Shown: piece after piece, positions 49,335 through 61,067 of the stretch
Position numbering within the stretch: position 1 is the stretch's first letter
How the letters are laid out: each line of letters starts with the position of its first letter
Origin: Candidatus Oxydemutatoraceae bacterium
GTDB taxonomy: Bacteria > Pseudomonadota > Gammaproteobacteria > Poriferisulfidales > Oxydemutatoraceae
NCBI GenBank assembly: GCA_965219575.1
Contig: OZ244779.1
Coordinates: 396,769 to 460,768 of the forward strand
DNA length: 64,000 nucleotides
Direction of reading: 5' to 3'
Notes under the pieces: generated by a model
What the model was told of the DNA's origin: nothing
Database searches by the model: none
What the model saw: the letters and a program-made list of their open reading frames with translations, nothing else
Made by a program: the position numbers and the translations under genes

Positions 49335-51698
49335 TCATAATCGCGCCCCTTCTCCAAATCTTACAATTAAGGAAAGAATACAAGGTGCTATGGCATCTGA
49401 GGATCCTCGCGACTTTTCTTGAGCCTTCTCTTCATTTTCATTATAATGCTTATGAATAGCAAAAGTCAGGAGGCCAAGACATATTCTAAAACGAGTTTCA
49501 TTTAGTTGACGCCTTGCTTCATCTTTTTCTTGTCTACGCATTTTTTCCAGAACTTCATGATGATAGTTGACATAAATTGTTGGATTGTTTTCCACACCTG
49601 CTACGACAACAGCACCTGACTTTTCATCAAAGTTGTAATCATCCCAATTTTCTTTATAAAGCCATTGGGTTGGATCGGCAAATGACTTATCTTTTTTATT
49701 TGCAACACCGGAAGAGGATGTTCCACTAGGATTTTTCTTAGTTTTTTGCTCTTCAATAAATCTAATTGTTAAATTAAATTCCAGAGGCTTACCTCGCTGT
49801 ATATCGTCATCGTCAAAACCAATATCGAACGATAATTTGTCACCAACATTGGGAGGTTGTTTAGATGAAGAAGATAGGGTAAAAGTGGCTATACCATTAT
49901 TTAAACTAGTTTTTATATTAACTTGGGAAGGACGATTGGGTAAATATATTCGCCCGGGACTATGATTTCTTATTAAATAATCGTTTGCCGCATCTGTTTC
50001 ACATATTATCTTGCGAAAGGTGTTAATGGGTAATTCTTTGAAAAAACTGTTATCAATTGTCTTTATATTAAGAGGTTTCAAGAATGTTGGAAATTGTTTT
50101 CCTCCTTCCCACGGGTCAGGCCCTCTCCCTGTTTGAGATTCACCAAAAACAGTATCACCAGGTCCTAACAGTTGTCTCATTGCTGGATCTTGATTAAAGT
50201 AGTCTTCCAACAATTTTTTGGTTTCCTCATCCTCTTCAATGATTTTTGATACTCTTCTAGCTCGGATAATATTGACGTATTCTTTTAATTTCTTATCTTC
50301 CTTTAAATTCTTTTTTACTATTTTCTTTAGTTGTCTTGATAGCCTATTATCTGCTATTTTTTCTCTGTTTCCCATAAATATGGTGGATAGTGCTGTTTTA
50401 TCCATTCTTTCGCACTGAACATCAATAACGACATGATTTTCCAGTTCACCTAAGCCTACATCTTTAAGATTTAAAAAACTGGCATTCTCGGTTGCATGCG
50501 TTTGCCCATTTATCGTATAGAAAATACGCTTTTTGCTCTCTCTCAAATAGATGGGATGTTTACTGGATCCAACAGCTATTATTTTTATTTCTCCAATTTC
50601 ATTATCATTATATTGGGATACTAAATGTATAAATTCTGTTGTCTCTTCATTAGGTTTTTCGGAGTTGAGCGGGGGATCTTGATTCGAAATATCGGCAGGC
50701 TTGTCACAAAGTTTCACTTGCATACCTGTAAATGTTCTATCAATTATACCTCTGCCTCTCAATCGGTTTATCTCTGGGTTTATTTGTGCATCAAAGTCGT
50801 ATATCCTAATAGGCAATGCACAGTCCAGCAAATTTAATGTAAGTGCATTATCTAGACCAAAATCTACCTGATGTGCTTTACCCCCAACATCGTAGTCAAA
50901 TAATTTGATAACCGAACCTTGTTCTATCACTCCAATCTCATTATCATTAAATGCACGAATTGATTTGGACTCAAACGATGGAATCTCGCCGTTAGGAGCT
51001 AGATATTTTACGATCGGCAATTCTCTACCTTGTTCTACTTGTGCCACCTTGATTAAAGTCCAACCCCATGACGATTTAAGGTCATAGCGTTTACTTATGA
51101 TAAGTTTATAATGTCCTTTGGTGATGTCTGACTTAGTGCAAAAACGTATAGAACCGGTAGATCCCATATTAAATTTGCCTTGAACAAAACCGACACCCTC
51201 TTTATTGTTCTCACTTAAACTGAGAAATGTTTTCTTAAATTTTTGTGGTTCCTGTCCTTCTCCGAAATCAACAATAGTTATTGTCGGCGTGGTTGATCTC
51301 CTTGTCTTACGCTTCACTCCTATTAAAATACTTTCTTTAGCCAACTTGGTACGCTCTTTTGTTTCAAGGCTGGATAATTTTCCTTCGGAGACGTTATAAC
51401 AATGACGGACGGCATCGTGCATTGATTTAGGAGCCTCATCGCTAGATAAATCTTTGATGCCACTTTCATATACTTTTCTAGATAAAACAGCATCAATTGA
51501 GTTAGTAATAAGTTCGGTTAAGGCACCAATTGCATTGCTCTGCTGATTAGAAACTGTATCCCAGTTTTTAGATCGACCACCGTAGTTAGACCAGTCTGCG
51601 TCTGAAATATTATATCGCCCGAGAACTTTATCTACTTCATCTGTTGAGAATGATGACAGTAATTCAGACAAAAACTCTTTAGATTGTTGTTTATCCAT
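49335..51698 (-). CDS. Large GHKL (HATPase/MORC-like) ATPase
   Basis: N-box ELITNSIDA, G1 box DFGEG, G2 box GKFNMGSTG; long unassigned C-terminal region. Confidence 0.75.
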   Translation of the reverse strand: MDKQQSKEFLSELLSSFSTDEVDKVLGRYNISDADWSNYGGRSKNWDTVSNQQSNAIGALTELITNSIDAVLSRKVYESGIKDLSSDEAPKSMHDAVRHCYNVSEGKLSSLETKERTKLAKESILIGVKRKTRRSTTPTITIVDFGEGQEPQKFKKTFLSLSENNKEGVGFVQGKFNMGSTGSIRFCTKSDITKGHYKLIISKRYDLKSSWGWTLIKVAQVEQGRELPIVKYLAPNGEIPSFESKSIRAFNDNEIGVIEQGSVIKLFDYDVGGKAHQVDFGLDNALTLNLLDCALPIRIYDFDAQINPEINRLRGRGIIDRTFTGMQVKLCDKPADISNQDPPLNSEKPNEETTEFIHLVSQYNDNEIGEIKIIAVGSSKHPIYLRESKKRIFYTINGQTHATENASFLNLKDVGLGELENHVVIDVQCERMDKTALSTIFMGNREKIADNRLSRQLKKIVKKNLKEDKKLKEYVNIIRARRVSKIIEEDEETKKLLEDYFNQDPAMRQLLGPGDTVFGESQTGRGPDPWEGGKQFPTFLKPLNIKTIDNSFFKELPINTFRKIICETDAANDYLIRNHSPGRIYLPNRPSQVNIKTSLNNGIATFTLSSSSKQPPNVGDKLSFDIGFDDDDIQRGKPLEFNLTIRFIEEQKTKKNPSGTSSSGVANKKDKSFADPTQWLYKENWDDYNFDEKSGAVVVAGVENNPTIYVNYHHEVLEKMRRQEKDEARRQLNETRFRICLGLLTFAIHKHYNENEEKAQEKSRGSSDAIAPCILSLIVRFGEGARL

Positions 51699-51776
51699 GA
51701 AGTCAAATATGCGTCAAATTAAAAAGTAATTAATAAAAGATAGGTGTTCTCTTCAAATGGTAGACAGTCTCCAGTC

Positions 51777-52445
51777 CTAAGCAAAATTTCCCCCCAGCCA
51801 TTTCTTAACCACATCAACTTTAATTAATTCTGACAAGAAAAATACTATATTCTCTTCCGCATGAATTTTGCGGGCTTCTACTATTTCATCATAATCCAGT
51901 TCTAACAAGTGGCAAAATTCTCTGCCTGTCATTGCTTCTTCCATAGTAATCTTGTTCTTGAAACCTTTAACAATCTCTTCTCTGTTATCCTTGTTAAAGG
52001 CACAAAAGTGTGCAGATACTGTATAAGGTAAATTTTTTGCATTCTTGCTTATAAATGCATGCATTTGCTGATGTTCTGCTGCAGCTTTTTTAGTATCAAA
52101 GCTGTGTCCATCTTTTAACTCAACAATATGGCATTGTTGCTTTCCGTCTTTGCGCCTAAAAATAATAAAGTCTGGTTCTGCACCTGCGAAATCTAGTGTT
52201 TTACATTTTTTAATTTTTGATTTATGAACCAAAACCACACCATCAGCCATAATCTCTTGTTTTAGGAACTCATCCAGGTCATCAATGGTTTTAGTTTTAT
52301 CTCTAATTATTCTCTCAAGCTCTTTCCCCGACTTTATGACCGTACTATGAATCCTACTAAAAATTGTTCCAAGTTCTAAGTTATTAAATACCCTGATGTA
52401 TCCTCCTGACACATCCTTTGGTTTTGTGTCTTCGATACGCGCCAT
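51777..52445 (-). CDS. Putative type II restriction endonuclease (PD-(D/E)XK)
   Basis: PD..IVELKDG motif; 1 bp downstream of the methyltransferase gene. Confidence 0.7.
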   Translation of the reverse strand: MARIEDTKPKDVSGGYIRVFNNLELGTIFSRIHSTVIKSGKELERIIRDKTKTIDDLDEFLKQEIMADGVVLVHKSKIKKCKTLDFAGAEPDFIIFRRKDGKQQCHIVELKDGHSFDTKKAAAEHQQMHAFISKNAKNLPYTVSAHFCAFNKDNREEIVKGFKNKITMEEAMTGREFCHLLELDYDEIVEARKIHAEENIVFFLSELIKVDVVKKWLGGNFA

Positions 52446-52446
52446 A

Positions 52447-53199
52447 TTAGCCGTTTATGTCACAACCTAAAAAATTGCGCCCACACAGTCTACAAGACTC
52501 CATAACCGAAAAACTGCCACTAGCAGGGTCTATAACAATATCTCCTGAATTAGAAACAGATGCAATGAGTTCTTTTTGCAATTCTACGGGCTTTTTATGT
52601 GTAAATCCATTCCTATTTACCTCCTCTAACCATACATCGGGTATATTGTGTAACTTCCAAACACCTTTCGCTTTGCGCGGCGATTTCTGCAGTATGATTA
52701 AATGTTCGCTTCTTCGCCTCGTTCTATAACCCATTCCGATTTTGCCTTTATCCCAAGTTAGCATATCCACAACTTCTAGATTAGTGCCGTCTAACCAATC
52801 CAAAAAACCGGTGCATAAATGAAACTTATCCATCCATAGAAACAAATGCCCGCTTGGGATCAAAGTCTTATCTATGCCTTGTACAAACTTTTTTATTACT
52901 TCCTCCGTCATTTGTGGCAAACTTGCTCTCGCTTTCCCTCGTTGCTCTCCTTCATTACCATAACTTAATTTATCCAATATCCCGCGATACTGCGGGTCAA
53001 AGAATGCCACAGGTATTGTTTTTTCTTGTATCTTTGATAGGAACTTTAGCCCATCCATTTTAAGGCGTTTATTGAGACCTAAACTTTTTGGTAATTTCAA
53101 GTTAGGCGATTTTATATTACGCTCATTTGAGAAAACATTCGTTATGGTGGTGTTGTCCACTATGTCTATTGATTTTATTTTTTTTGCAGGTCTTGCCAT
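52447..53199 (-). CDS. N6-adenine/N4-cytosine DNA methyltransferase (beta class)
   Basis: Motif IV variant DPQY, H.KP, motif I variant DPASGSFS. Confidence 0.85.
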   Translation of the reverse strand: MARPAKKIKSIDIVDNTTITNVFSNERNIKSPNLKLPKSLGLNKRLKMDGLKFLSKIQEKTIPVAFFDPQYRGILDKLSYGNEGEQRGKARASLPQMTEEVIKKFVQGIDKTLIPSGHLFLWMDKFHLCTGFLDWLDGTNLEVVDMLTWDKGKIGMGYRTRRRSEHLIILQKSPRKAKGVWKLHNIPDVWLEEVNRNGFTHKKPVELQKELIASVSNSGDIVIDPASGSFSVMESCRLCGRNFLGCDING

Positions 53200-53419
53200 T
53201 ATTATTTTACTAATTTTTTGTATCTTAATTGATTATCGATTATAGCTCGCACATATTTGTTAATATCGCTCTCTATCACTAAATGAGGTCACTCCGGTTC
53301 TAAAAATTCTTTTACAATCTGATAAGCTAGAAAATTACATTCTTAAGTCGCCCTGATTTTATCATAGCCTTTAACATGTTCCTCCATTTAATTGGCAATA
53401 TGTATAATAGTTGTATCTT

Positions 53420-55456
53420 ATGACCGACAAAAGAGAAATCCTTGTAACCAGTGCTTTGCCGTACGCAAACGGGCCGATCCATATCGGTCATCTGGTGGAA
53501 TATATACAAACCGATATTTGGGCGCGTTTTCAGCGGTTGGTCGGGAACAGTTGCTACTACATCTGTGCCGACGATGCACACGGCACGCCGGTCATGCTCA
53601 AGGCGCAAGATGACGGTATAGATCCCGAGCAGTTGATTGCCGAAATGCGCAAGGCGCATATCAGGGATTTCAAGACTTTTCATATTCGGTTTGATAATTA
53701 CCATTCCACACACTCAAAAGAAAACCAAGCCATCAGCAACCATATCTATCAATGCGCCAAAGAGAAGGGTTATATAGAAAAGCGTACTATTCGTCAAGCC
53801 TACGACGAGAGCGCAAAGATGTTTCTGCCCGACCGTTATATCCGCGGCGAGTGTCCGCGGTGCGGTGCCAAAGACCAGTACGGAGATTGTTGCGAGGTAT
53901 GCGGTGCCACTTACAATTCCTCGGAGTTGATCAACCCGCACTCGGTAATCTCCGGCGACAAGCCCGTGCTACGCGAGTCGGAGCATTATTTCTTCAAACT
54001 CGGCATGCTTAAGGAACACCTAAAGTCATGGCTGTCGTCCGATCGCGTCCAGCAAGAAATCAAAAACAAACTGGACGAATGGTTTTCGGCAGGGTTACAA
54101 GATTGGGATATTTCGCGCGATGCGCCGTACTTCGGGTTTGAAATACCCGACCATCCGAACAAGTATTTCTATGTGTGGCTGGACGCACCCATAGGCTATA
54201 TTGCGAGCTTCAAGAATTACTGCGATCGCAAGGGTCTCGATTACAAGCGTTTTTGGGATGCCGACAGCAATACCGAACTGCATCATTTCATAGGCAAGGA
54301 CATCGCCTATTTTCACACTCTGTTTTGGCCGGCACTGCTCGACAGTGCAAATCTGAGACTGCCGACCCGAATCTATAGTCATGGCTTTCTGACGGTAGAC
54401 GGCGCAAAAATGTCTAAATCGCGCGGCACTTTTATCAAAGCCGAGACTTACGCAAAGCATCTGAACCCCGAATATCTGCGTTATTACTTCGCCGCCAAAC
54501 TAGGTTCGGGCATAGACGATATAGACCTCAATATGAAAGATTTCGTTCTGCGCGTGAATAGCGACCTAGTCGGCAAAGTTATCAACATCGCCGGGCGCTG
54601 CGCAAGTTTTATAGCGAAATACTTTGACAACCGAATAATCTGTTCCGAACAGCTACTCAAACATCCATGCTATAAGAAATTTAGGGAAGCGGAAGCGGAG
54701 ATTTGCCGAAACTATGAAAAGGTGGAATACGCCGCTGCGATGCGTTTGATTATGTCGCTTGCCGACGAAGCCAATCGCCTAATTGACCGGCACAAACCAT
54801 GGGCGATAGCAAAGGAACAAGGTGCCTCAACCGAACTGCACGAGATATGTAGTTTAGGGTTACTGCTGTTTAGCCGTTTATGTCTATACCTCAAACCGGT
54901 CTTGCCGGTGATGACCGAACAAGCCGAGAAATTCCTCAATATCTCGGTGGCACATTGGGATGACGCACCCTTTGAAGCAAAAGACCATCACACCATAGGT
55001 CGGTTCAAGCCTCTGATGACTCGTGTCGAGCCGAAGACGGTAGAGGCAATGATCGCAGACGAGGCGGCAAGTCAACAGGCAAAAGATAAATCTACCGACA
55101 AAACGACAACCGCATCGTCATCCGATGCCGAGACTATTACGCTTGCCGACTTTCAGAAACTGGACTTGCGTGTTGCGCGCATCGTTGCTGCCGAAGAAGT
55201 GGACGGTGCCGATAAGCTATTGGAACTCTCGGTGGATTTGGGAGAAAAAGAACCTCGCAAGATCTTGGCAGGAATCAAAAGTGCTTATCGCAGTGCCGAT
55301 TTAGTCGGCAAACATGTCGTCGTCGTCGCCAATCTAGAACCTAAAAAGATGCGCTTCGGCACCTCGCACGGCATGGTTCTGGCAGCGGGAGACGGCACCG
55401 ATTTATTTTTATTGGCACCCGACCCGGGTGCGGAAGCCGGATTGAAAATTAAATAG
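53420..55456 (+). CDS. metG: Methionine--tRNA ligase
   Basis: [11 protein letters not shown], Zn knuckle, KMSKS, C-terminal tRNA-binding domain. Confidence 0.97.
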   Translation: MTDKREILVTSALPYANGPIHIGHLVEYIQTDIWARFQRLVGNSCYYICADDAHGTPVMLKAQDDGIDPEQLIAEMRKAHIRDFKTFHIRFDNYHSTHSKENQAISNHIYQCAKEKGYIEKRTIRQAYDESAKMFLPDRYIRGECPRCGAKDQYGDCCEVCGATYNSSELINPHSVISGDKPVLRESEHYFFKLGMLKEHLKSWLSSDRVQQEIKNKLDEWFSAGLQDWDISRDAPYFGFEIPDHPNKYFYVWLDAPIGYIASFKNYCDRKGLDYKRFWDADSNTELHHFIGKDIAYFHTLFWPALLDSANLRLPTRIYSHGFLTVDGAKMSKSRGTFIKAETYAKHLNPEYLRYYFAAKLGSGIDDIDLNMKDFVLRVNSDLVGKVINIAGRCASFIAKYFDNRIICSEQLLKHPCYKKFREAEAEICRNYEKVEYAAAMRLIMSLADEANRLIDRHKPWAIAKEQGASTELHEICSLGLLLFSRLCLYLKPVLPVMTEQAEKFLNISVAHWDDAPFEAKDHHTIGRFKPLMTRVEPKTVEAMIADEAASQQAKDKSTDKTTTASSSDAETITLADFQKLDLRVARIVAAEEVDGADKLLELSVDLGEKEPRKILAGIKSAYRSADLVGKHVVVVANLEPKKMRFGTSHGMVLAAGDGTDLFLLAPDPGAEAGLKIK

Positions 55457-55469
55457 AACCTTGTCCGCC

Positions 55470-56051
55470 ATGCAAGACTACATATTAATCGTCATCAATG
55501 TCGCGCTCATCAACAATTTCATACTTGCCAAGTTTTTGGGGCTATGCCCGTTGCTAGGCACCTCACGGCGTATTGACAGCGCAATCGGCATGTCGCTTGC
55601 CACGCTATTCGTACTGACGCTGGCATCGGTGCTCAGTTATCTAGTGCAACATTATTTACTGATGCCGTACCAGCTGGAATATCTGAACGCTTTGGTGTTC
55701 ATATTATTGATCGCGGTTGTAGTTCAATTAACCGAAATGACGATACATAAAATGAACCCGCTGATACATAACATGCTCGGCATTTATTTGCCTTTGATTA
55801 CTACGAATTGTGCGGTGCTTGCGGTTACTCTGCTCAACAGTCGCAATGCCGAAAGTTTTATGGAAGCATTGTTTATGGGTTTCGGCACAGCGATAGGCTT
55901 TGCCGTCGTGCTAATTATTTTTGCGAGCCTTAGAGAAAAGCTGGAACACGCCGATGTGCCGACTCCCTTCAAAGGTGCCGGCATTGCAATGATTACTGCC
56001 GGCATTATGTCTATAGCATTTATGGGCTTTAGCGGATTAGATAGCGGTTGA
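55470..56051 (+). CDS. rnfA: Rnf/Rsx electron transport subunit A
   Basis: [27 protein letters not shown]. Confidence 0.92.
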   Translation: MQDYILIVINVALINNFILAKFLGLCPLLGTSRRIDSAIGMSLATLFVLTLASVLSYLVQHYLLMPYQLEYLNALVFILLIAVVVQLTEMTIHKMNPLIHNMLGIYLPLITTNCAVLAVTLLNSRNAESFMEALFMGFGTAIGFAVVLIIFASLREKLEHADVPTPFKGAGIAMITAGIMSIAFMGFSGLDSG

Positions 56052-56941
56052 TGATTATGGCGATACTGATCTTCGGTGCCACCGCACTGTTGATAGGGTA
56101 TGCGGTAGAACGCTTGGCTGCCTACCTTGCCCCCACCGACGACAGCCTAGTCTCTAAGGTCAATGCCTTGTTGCCGCAAACACAATGTGCGCAGTGCGGC
56201 TATCCGGGCTGTAGACCTTATGCTCAAGCCATCGTGGAAAAAAATGCACCCATAGATCAATGTCCGCCCGGTGGACAAACCACCACCGTCGCATTAAGCC
56301 GATTATTAGGGCGCGAAACCCCGAATAGGCAACCTATCGCAGAGGCAGCCGCGCTCGTCGCCCGTATTAGAGAAGCCGATTGCATCGGTTGCACCTTATG
56401 CATCAAAGCATGTCCGGTAGATGCCATCGTCGGCGCGCACGAATACATGCACAGTGTTATAGGGCAATACTGCACCGGTTGCGAGCTATGCGTAGCACCG
56501 TGTCCGATGGACTGCATAGAAATGATAGAAGCCAAGCCCGACAAGAACACCGACCGACCTGCCAAAGTAGAAACAGCTTGCATCCACTGCGATCGCTGCA
56601 ACGATATATGCCCGGTGGATTTGCCCGCCCACAGCCTCTATCAACTGATACGAGCCTGCAACATGGATGATGCAATTAGCGAAGGCTTAGCCGACTGTAT
56701 ATTGTGCGGTTCGTGCGATGTCGTTTGCCCGAGCCATATTCCGCTCACTCAAATATACCGCAACGCCAAACATCAATACCACAAGCTATCCAAACAACGC
56801 CGGCACGCCGCACAAGCACAATCGCGCTATGAAATACACAATACCCGATTGCTACAACAAGAACTCAAAGACCGACAAAGCCAACAAACCCAAAAAGAAT
56901 TACTCAAAGCACAAATCAAATCTCAACAGACACCCCGATAA
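56048..56941 (+). CDS. rnfB: RnfB fused to an RnfC-like C-terminal 2[4Fe-4S]/coiled-coil region
   Basis: [38 protein letters not shown], then [30 protein letters not shown]. Confidence 0.8.
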   Translation: MMIMAILIFGATALLIGYAVERLAAYLAPTDDSLVSKVNALLPQTQCAQCGYPGCRPYAQAIVEKNAPIDQCPPGGQTTTVALSRLLGRETPNRQPIAEAAALVARIREADCIGCTLCIKACPVDAIVGAHEYMHSVIGQYCTGCELCVAPCPMDCIEMIEAKPDKNTDRPAKVETACIHCDRCNDICPVDLPAHSLYQLIRACNMDDAISEGLADCILCGSCDVVCPSHIPLTQIYRNAKHQYHKLSKQRRHAAQAQSRYEIHNTRLLQQELKDRQSQQTQKELLKAQIKSQQTPR

Positions 56942-56967
56942 ACGACTGTACTTCGTACAGACACGGC

Positions 56968-57342
56968 GGGGCTGTTGAAAAAGTACGGACATCACACAAA
57001 TCCAACCGCTGTGCGCCATGAACATTTGCAAACCACCTGTAGGGGCAGTATAAAGCCGCCGATTGAGCCGGTAGGTCAATCGGCAACTCTGATGTCTGCC
57101 CTTAAGTACCGTTCGGCACGACACCAACCGCTTGCGCCATGAATATTTACAAACCACCCGTAGGGGCGGACTGGCATGTCCGCCCTAAAGTTCTGTTCTG
57201 AACAGCCGCAACCGCTTGCGCCGTATGGTTTTGGTTTCTATAAATTGAATGGATGAATGTATAAATCGTGCCGGCCAACGCGTTACGGGCGGACATGCAA
57301 GTCCGCCCCTACAACTTTATGAAATACTTTTTCAACAGTCCC
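56968..57342. mobile_element. Mosaic MITE/REP element, copy 12
   Basis: GGGGCTGTTGAAAAAGTA ... three REPs ... TACTTTTTCAACAGTCCC. Confidence 0.88.
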
Positions 57343-57503
57343 ATACTTCCAGCCACATAAAGCCGACCCGACAGGAGAGATAAACTTTTTATTAACGTAT
57401 TGTTAAATAAAATTTAAGTAAAATGAAGCAATAACAAGTCACTAATTTCGTAGTTTTGCTATAATTTAACATTTTATAACCAAATTTATAGGAGGTATAC
57501 ATT

Positions 57504-59015
57504 ATGAATGTAGCTGCTGAAAAGTTTGAACTGGATACATCGGTTCAACAATTCATACATGAGCAAAGAAAAATGCTCATTGACGGCAAATGGGTACCGT
57601 CGTTATCCGGTAAGACATTGGAAGTTGTTAATCCGGCAACCGAAGAGGTTGTTGCGCATGTTGCAGAAGGCGACAAAGCAGATGTTGACATGGCTGTTAA
57701 AGCTGCACGAAGGGCGTTTGAAAGCGGGCGTTGGCCGGCGATGTCGCCTTCCGAGCGTAGCAGAATGATAGCCAAGATCGGCGATCTAATTTTAGATAAT
57801 CTAGATGAGCTTGCCGAGATAGAATCGCTGGATAACGGTAAGCCCGTCACCGTAGCGCGAGTAGCCGATGTACCTTTGGCAGCCGACATATTCCATTATA
57901 TGTCGGGGTGGGCAACGAAAATGCACGGAGATACACTTTCTCTATCGGTGCCTTACACTCCCGGTGCACAATATCACTCATACACACTGAGAGAGCCCAT
58001 CGGTGTAGTAGGACAAATAATTCCATGGAATTTTCCGCTACTGATGGCAGCTTGGAAATTAGCTCCGGCACTGGCAACCGGTTGCACTATAGTCCTTAAA
58101 TTGGCGGAAGAAACGCCGCTATCGGGACTCAGGCTCGGAGAAATTATACAAGAGGCGGGAGTTCCGGACGGCGTGGTTAATATCATCACCGGTTATGGAG
58201 AAACCGCAGGTGCATCGCTCGCATCTCATCCGGATGTAGATAAAGTTGCTTTCACCGGTTCAACCGAAGTCGGCAAGTTGATCGTACAAGCTGCGGCAAA
58301 CGACCTGAAAAAAGTTTCGCTTGAGCTCGGAGGAAAATCTCCGAACATCGTACTGGACGATGCCGATATGGAAGTCGCTATTCAAGGTACGGCGAATGCT
58401 ATTTTCTTTAATCACGGACAGTGCTGCTGTGCCGGCTCGCGTATATACGCCGACACCAAAGTCTTCGACAAGATTGTCGAGGGTGTCTCCGATATGGCGT
58501 CTAAGATCAAATTGGGTCCGGGATTGGATCCAAACACCGAGATGGGGCCTATGGTATCCAAAATCCAACACGAGCGAGTCTCGGGTTATTTGGATTCGGG
58601 GCTAAGCGACGGTGCCGAAGCAGTCGTCGGTGGAAAGAAAAAAGACGGTTCGGGTTATTTCGTCGAACCGACGGTACTGGTTAACACCAAGCAAGACATG
58701 AAAGTTAACCAGGAAGAAATTTTCGGCCCGGTGGTCACTATGATGCCGTTCGAGCAACTCGACGACGACATAATCAAAAATGCCAACGACACAATCTACG
58801 GATTGGCAGCCGGTATATGGACTAGAGATCTCGGTAGAGCACATCGTTTGGCAGCTCGTTTGAGAGCCGGCACGGTGTGGATAAATTGCTACAACGTCTT
58901 TGATGCTGCATTGCCTTTCGGCGGTTACAAGCAATCCGGCTGGGGGCGTGAAATGGGTGAAGCGGTATTGGAAAACTATACCGAACTCAAGGCTGTTACG
59001 GTTAATATCTCTTAA
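57504..59015 (+). CDS. NAD-dependent aldehyde dehydrogenase
   Basis: IIPWNFP, FTGSTEVG, LELGGKSP, GQCCCAGS, EEIFGPV, PFGGYKQSG. Confidence 0.95.
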   Translation: MNVAAEKFELDTSVQQFIHEQRKMLIDGKWVPSLSGKTLEVVNPATEEVVAHVAEGDKADVDMAVKAARRAFESGRWPAMSPSERSRMIAKIGDLILDNLDELAEIESLDNGKPVTVARVADVPLAADIFHYMSGWATKMHGDTLSLSVPYTPGAQYHSYTLREPIGVVGQIIPWNFPLLMAAWKLAPALATGCTIVLKLAEETPLSGLRLGEIIQEAGVPDGVVNIITGYGETAGASLASHPDVDKVAFTGSTEVGKLIVQAAANDLKKVSLELGGKSPNIVLDDADMEVAIQGTANAIFFNHGQCCCAGSRIYADTKVFDKIVEGVSDMASKIKLGPGLDPNTEMGPMVSKIQHERVSGYLDSGLSDGAEAVVGGKKKDGSGYFVEPTVLVNTKQDMKVNQEEIFGPVVTMMPFEQLDDDIIKNANDTIYGLAAGIWTRDLGRAHRLAARLRAGTVWINCYNVFDAALPFGGYKQSGWGREMGEAVLENYTELKAVTVNIS

Positions 59016-59031
59016 GCGTAGTAAGTGCTTT

Positions 59032-59076
59032 AATGCCTGCCGATAGATAATTCACTATCGGCGGGCATTCTCTTTG
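59032..59076 (+). terminator. Hairpin/terminator between the aldehyde dehydrogenase gene and acs
   Basis: AATGCCTGCCGATAG..CTATCGGCGGGCATT followed by CTCTTT. Confidence 0.6.
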
Positions 59077-59095
59077 ATAACAAAGCGTAGGTTAA

Positions 59096-61039
59096 ATGCC
59101 CTCTTCTTTATATCCGGTACCCGAAACGATCGCCGAAAACACACTTATCGATTCAGAGGCTTATCGGCATCTATATAATGAATCCATTAATAACCCCGAA
59201 AAATTCTGGGGTGATCAAGCGCAGCGATTTATTAGCTGGTCTCGCCCTTGGTCTCGAGTACTCGAGTGGGACTACCATAAAGGACTGATACGCTGGTTCG
59301 ACGATGCTCGGTTGAATGTTTGCTATAACTGTCTAGACCGTCATTTGGATAAACACGGCGATCGCACTGCAATCATTTGGGAGAGCGACGATCCGAATGT
59401 TTCCAAGACTTTCAGTTATCGCGAATTGCACCGCCTTGTATGCCGCTTTGCCAACGCATTAAAAGCCGACGGCGTACGCAAAGGTGATCGGGTTTGCATC
59501 TATATGCCGATGATCGTAGAAGCCGTTGTTGCGATGCTGGCGTGCGCTCGTATCGGTGCCGTGCATTCGGTGGTATTCGGTGGCTTCTCGTCGGAGTCGT
59601 TGCGCAGTCGTATCCTAGATTCGGATTGTCGCGTTGTTATTACCGCCGATCAAGGTGTACGCGGTGGCAAGCCGATTCCCTTAAAAGCCAATGTTGACGA
59701 AGCCTTGACGCAATGCCCGAATGTTCGCCGTGTAATCGTTGTTAAGCATGTCGGCGAGGAAATATCTTTTATCGGCGAGCGCGATGCCTGGTTTCACGAA
59801 CTCTGTGCCGAGGTAGATACCGATTGTCCCGCCGAGGCGATGGATGCCGAGGATCCTTTATTCATACTTTATACTTCGGGTTCCACCGGAAAACCCAAAG
59901 GGGTTTTGCACACTATGGGTGGCTACTTGCTCTATGCCGCAATAACCCATAAATACAGCTTTGATTACCACGACGGAGAAATCTATTGGTGCACCGCAGA
60001 TATCGGCTGGATTACCGGCCACTCCTATATTGTTTACGGCCCACTTGCCAACGCCGCCACGACACTGGTGTTCGAGGGTGTCCCGACTTATCCCGACGCT
60101 TCGCGCTTTTGGCAAGTCGTGGACAAACATCGCGTTAATATCTTTTACACCGCACCGACCGCGATACGCGCGTTGATGCGTTTGGGAGACGCGCCGCTAC
60201 ATAAAACCGACCGCAGTAGTCTACGCCTCCTCGCCACGGTGGGCGAACCGATTAATCCCGAAGCGTGGCAGTGGTACTACAAAGCAGTCGGAGATCAACG
60301 TTGCCCGATTGTAGATACGTGGTGGCAAACGGAAACCGGCGGTCACATGATTACGCCGCTACCCGGTGCAACCGCACTAAAACCGGGTTCTGCAACACGG
60401 CCTTTTTTCGGCATTTGTCCGGCGATAGTAGACGATAAAGGAAACGAACTCGAGGGTGCTTGCGAAGGCAATCTGGTTATTACTAAACCATGGCCGGGTC
60501 AGATGCGTACCGTATACGGCGATCACCGGCGGTTCGTAGACACCTACTTCAGTACTTTCCCCGGCAAATACTTCAGCGGCGACGGGTGTCGTAGAGACGA
60601 AGACGGTTATTACTGGATTACCGGACGCGTCGACGACATTATTAATGTATCGGGGCATCGCTTGGGTACCGCCGAAATTGAAAGCGCACTGGTTGAACAC
60701 GATAAGGTTGCCGAAGCTGCCGTAGTTGCGTATCCACACGACATCAAGGGACAAGGCATCTATGCTTATGTGACTCTAATGGAAGGCACTGTCGGGGACG
60801 ATGCAATAAAGCAAGAATTATTCGAATTAGTACGCCGGCAAATCGGTGCAATCGCAATTCCCGACATTATCCAGTGGGCTCCCAATTTACCGAAAACACG
60901 CTCGGGCAAGATTATGCGCCGTATTCTACGCAAAATTGCCAGCGACGATACCGATGACCTCGGCGACATCTCTACGCTGGCCGACCCGTCGAGCATCAAA
61001 GATATTATTGCCGAGAAAGCGGCAGCGGTGGTAAACTAA
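59096..61039 (+). CDS. acs: Acetyl-CoA synthetase
   Basis: [37 protein letters not shown]. Confidence 0.96.
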   Translation: MPSSLYPVPETIAENTLIDSEAYRHLYNESINNPEKFWGDQAQRFISWSRPWSRVLEWDYHKGLIRWFDDARLNVCYNCLDRHLDKHGDRTAIIWESDDPNVSKTFSYRELHRLVCRFANALKADGVRKGDRVCIYMPMIVEAVVAMLACARIGAVHSVVFGGFSSESLRSRILDSDCRVVITADQGVRGGKPIPLKANVDEALTQCPNVRRVIVVKHVGEEISFIGERDAWFHELCAEVDTDCPAEAMDAEDPLFILYTSGSTGKPKGVLHTMGGYLLYAAITHKYSFDYHDGEIYWCTADIGWITGHSYIVYGPLANAATTLVFEGVPTYPDASRFWQVVDKHRVNIFYTAPTAIRALMRLGDAPLHKTDRSSLRLLATVGEPINPEAWQWYYKAVGDQRCPIVDTWWQTETGGHMITPLPGATALKPGSATRPFFGICPAIVDDKGNELEGACEGNLVITKPWPGQMRTVYGDHRRFVDTYFSTFPGKYFSGDGCRRDEDGYYWITGRVDDIINVSGHRLGTAEIESALVEHDKVAEAAVVAYPHDIKGQGIYAYVTLMEGTVGDDAIKQELFELVRRQIGAIAIPDIIQWAPNLPKTRSGKIMRRILRKIASDDTDDLGDISTLADPSSIKDIIAEKAAAVVN

Positions 61040-61067
61040 CGATTTTCCAAAAACATTTGAGGGAGTT

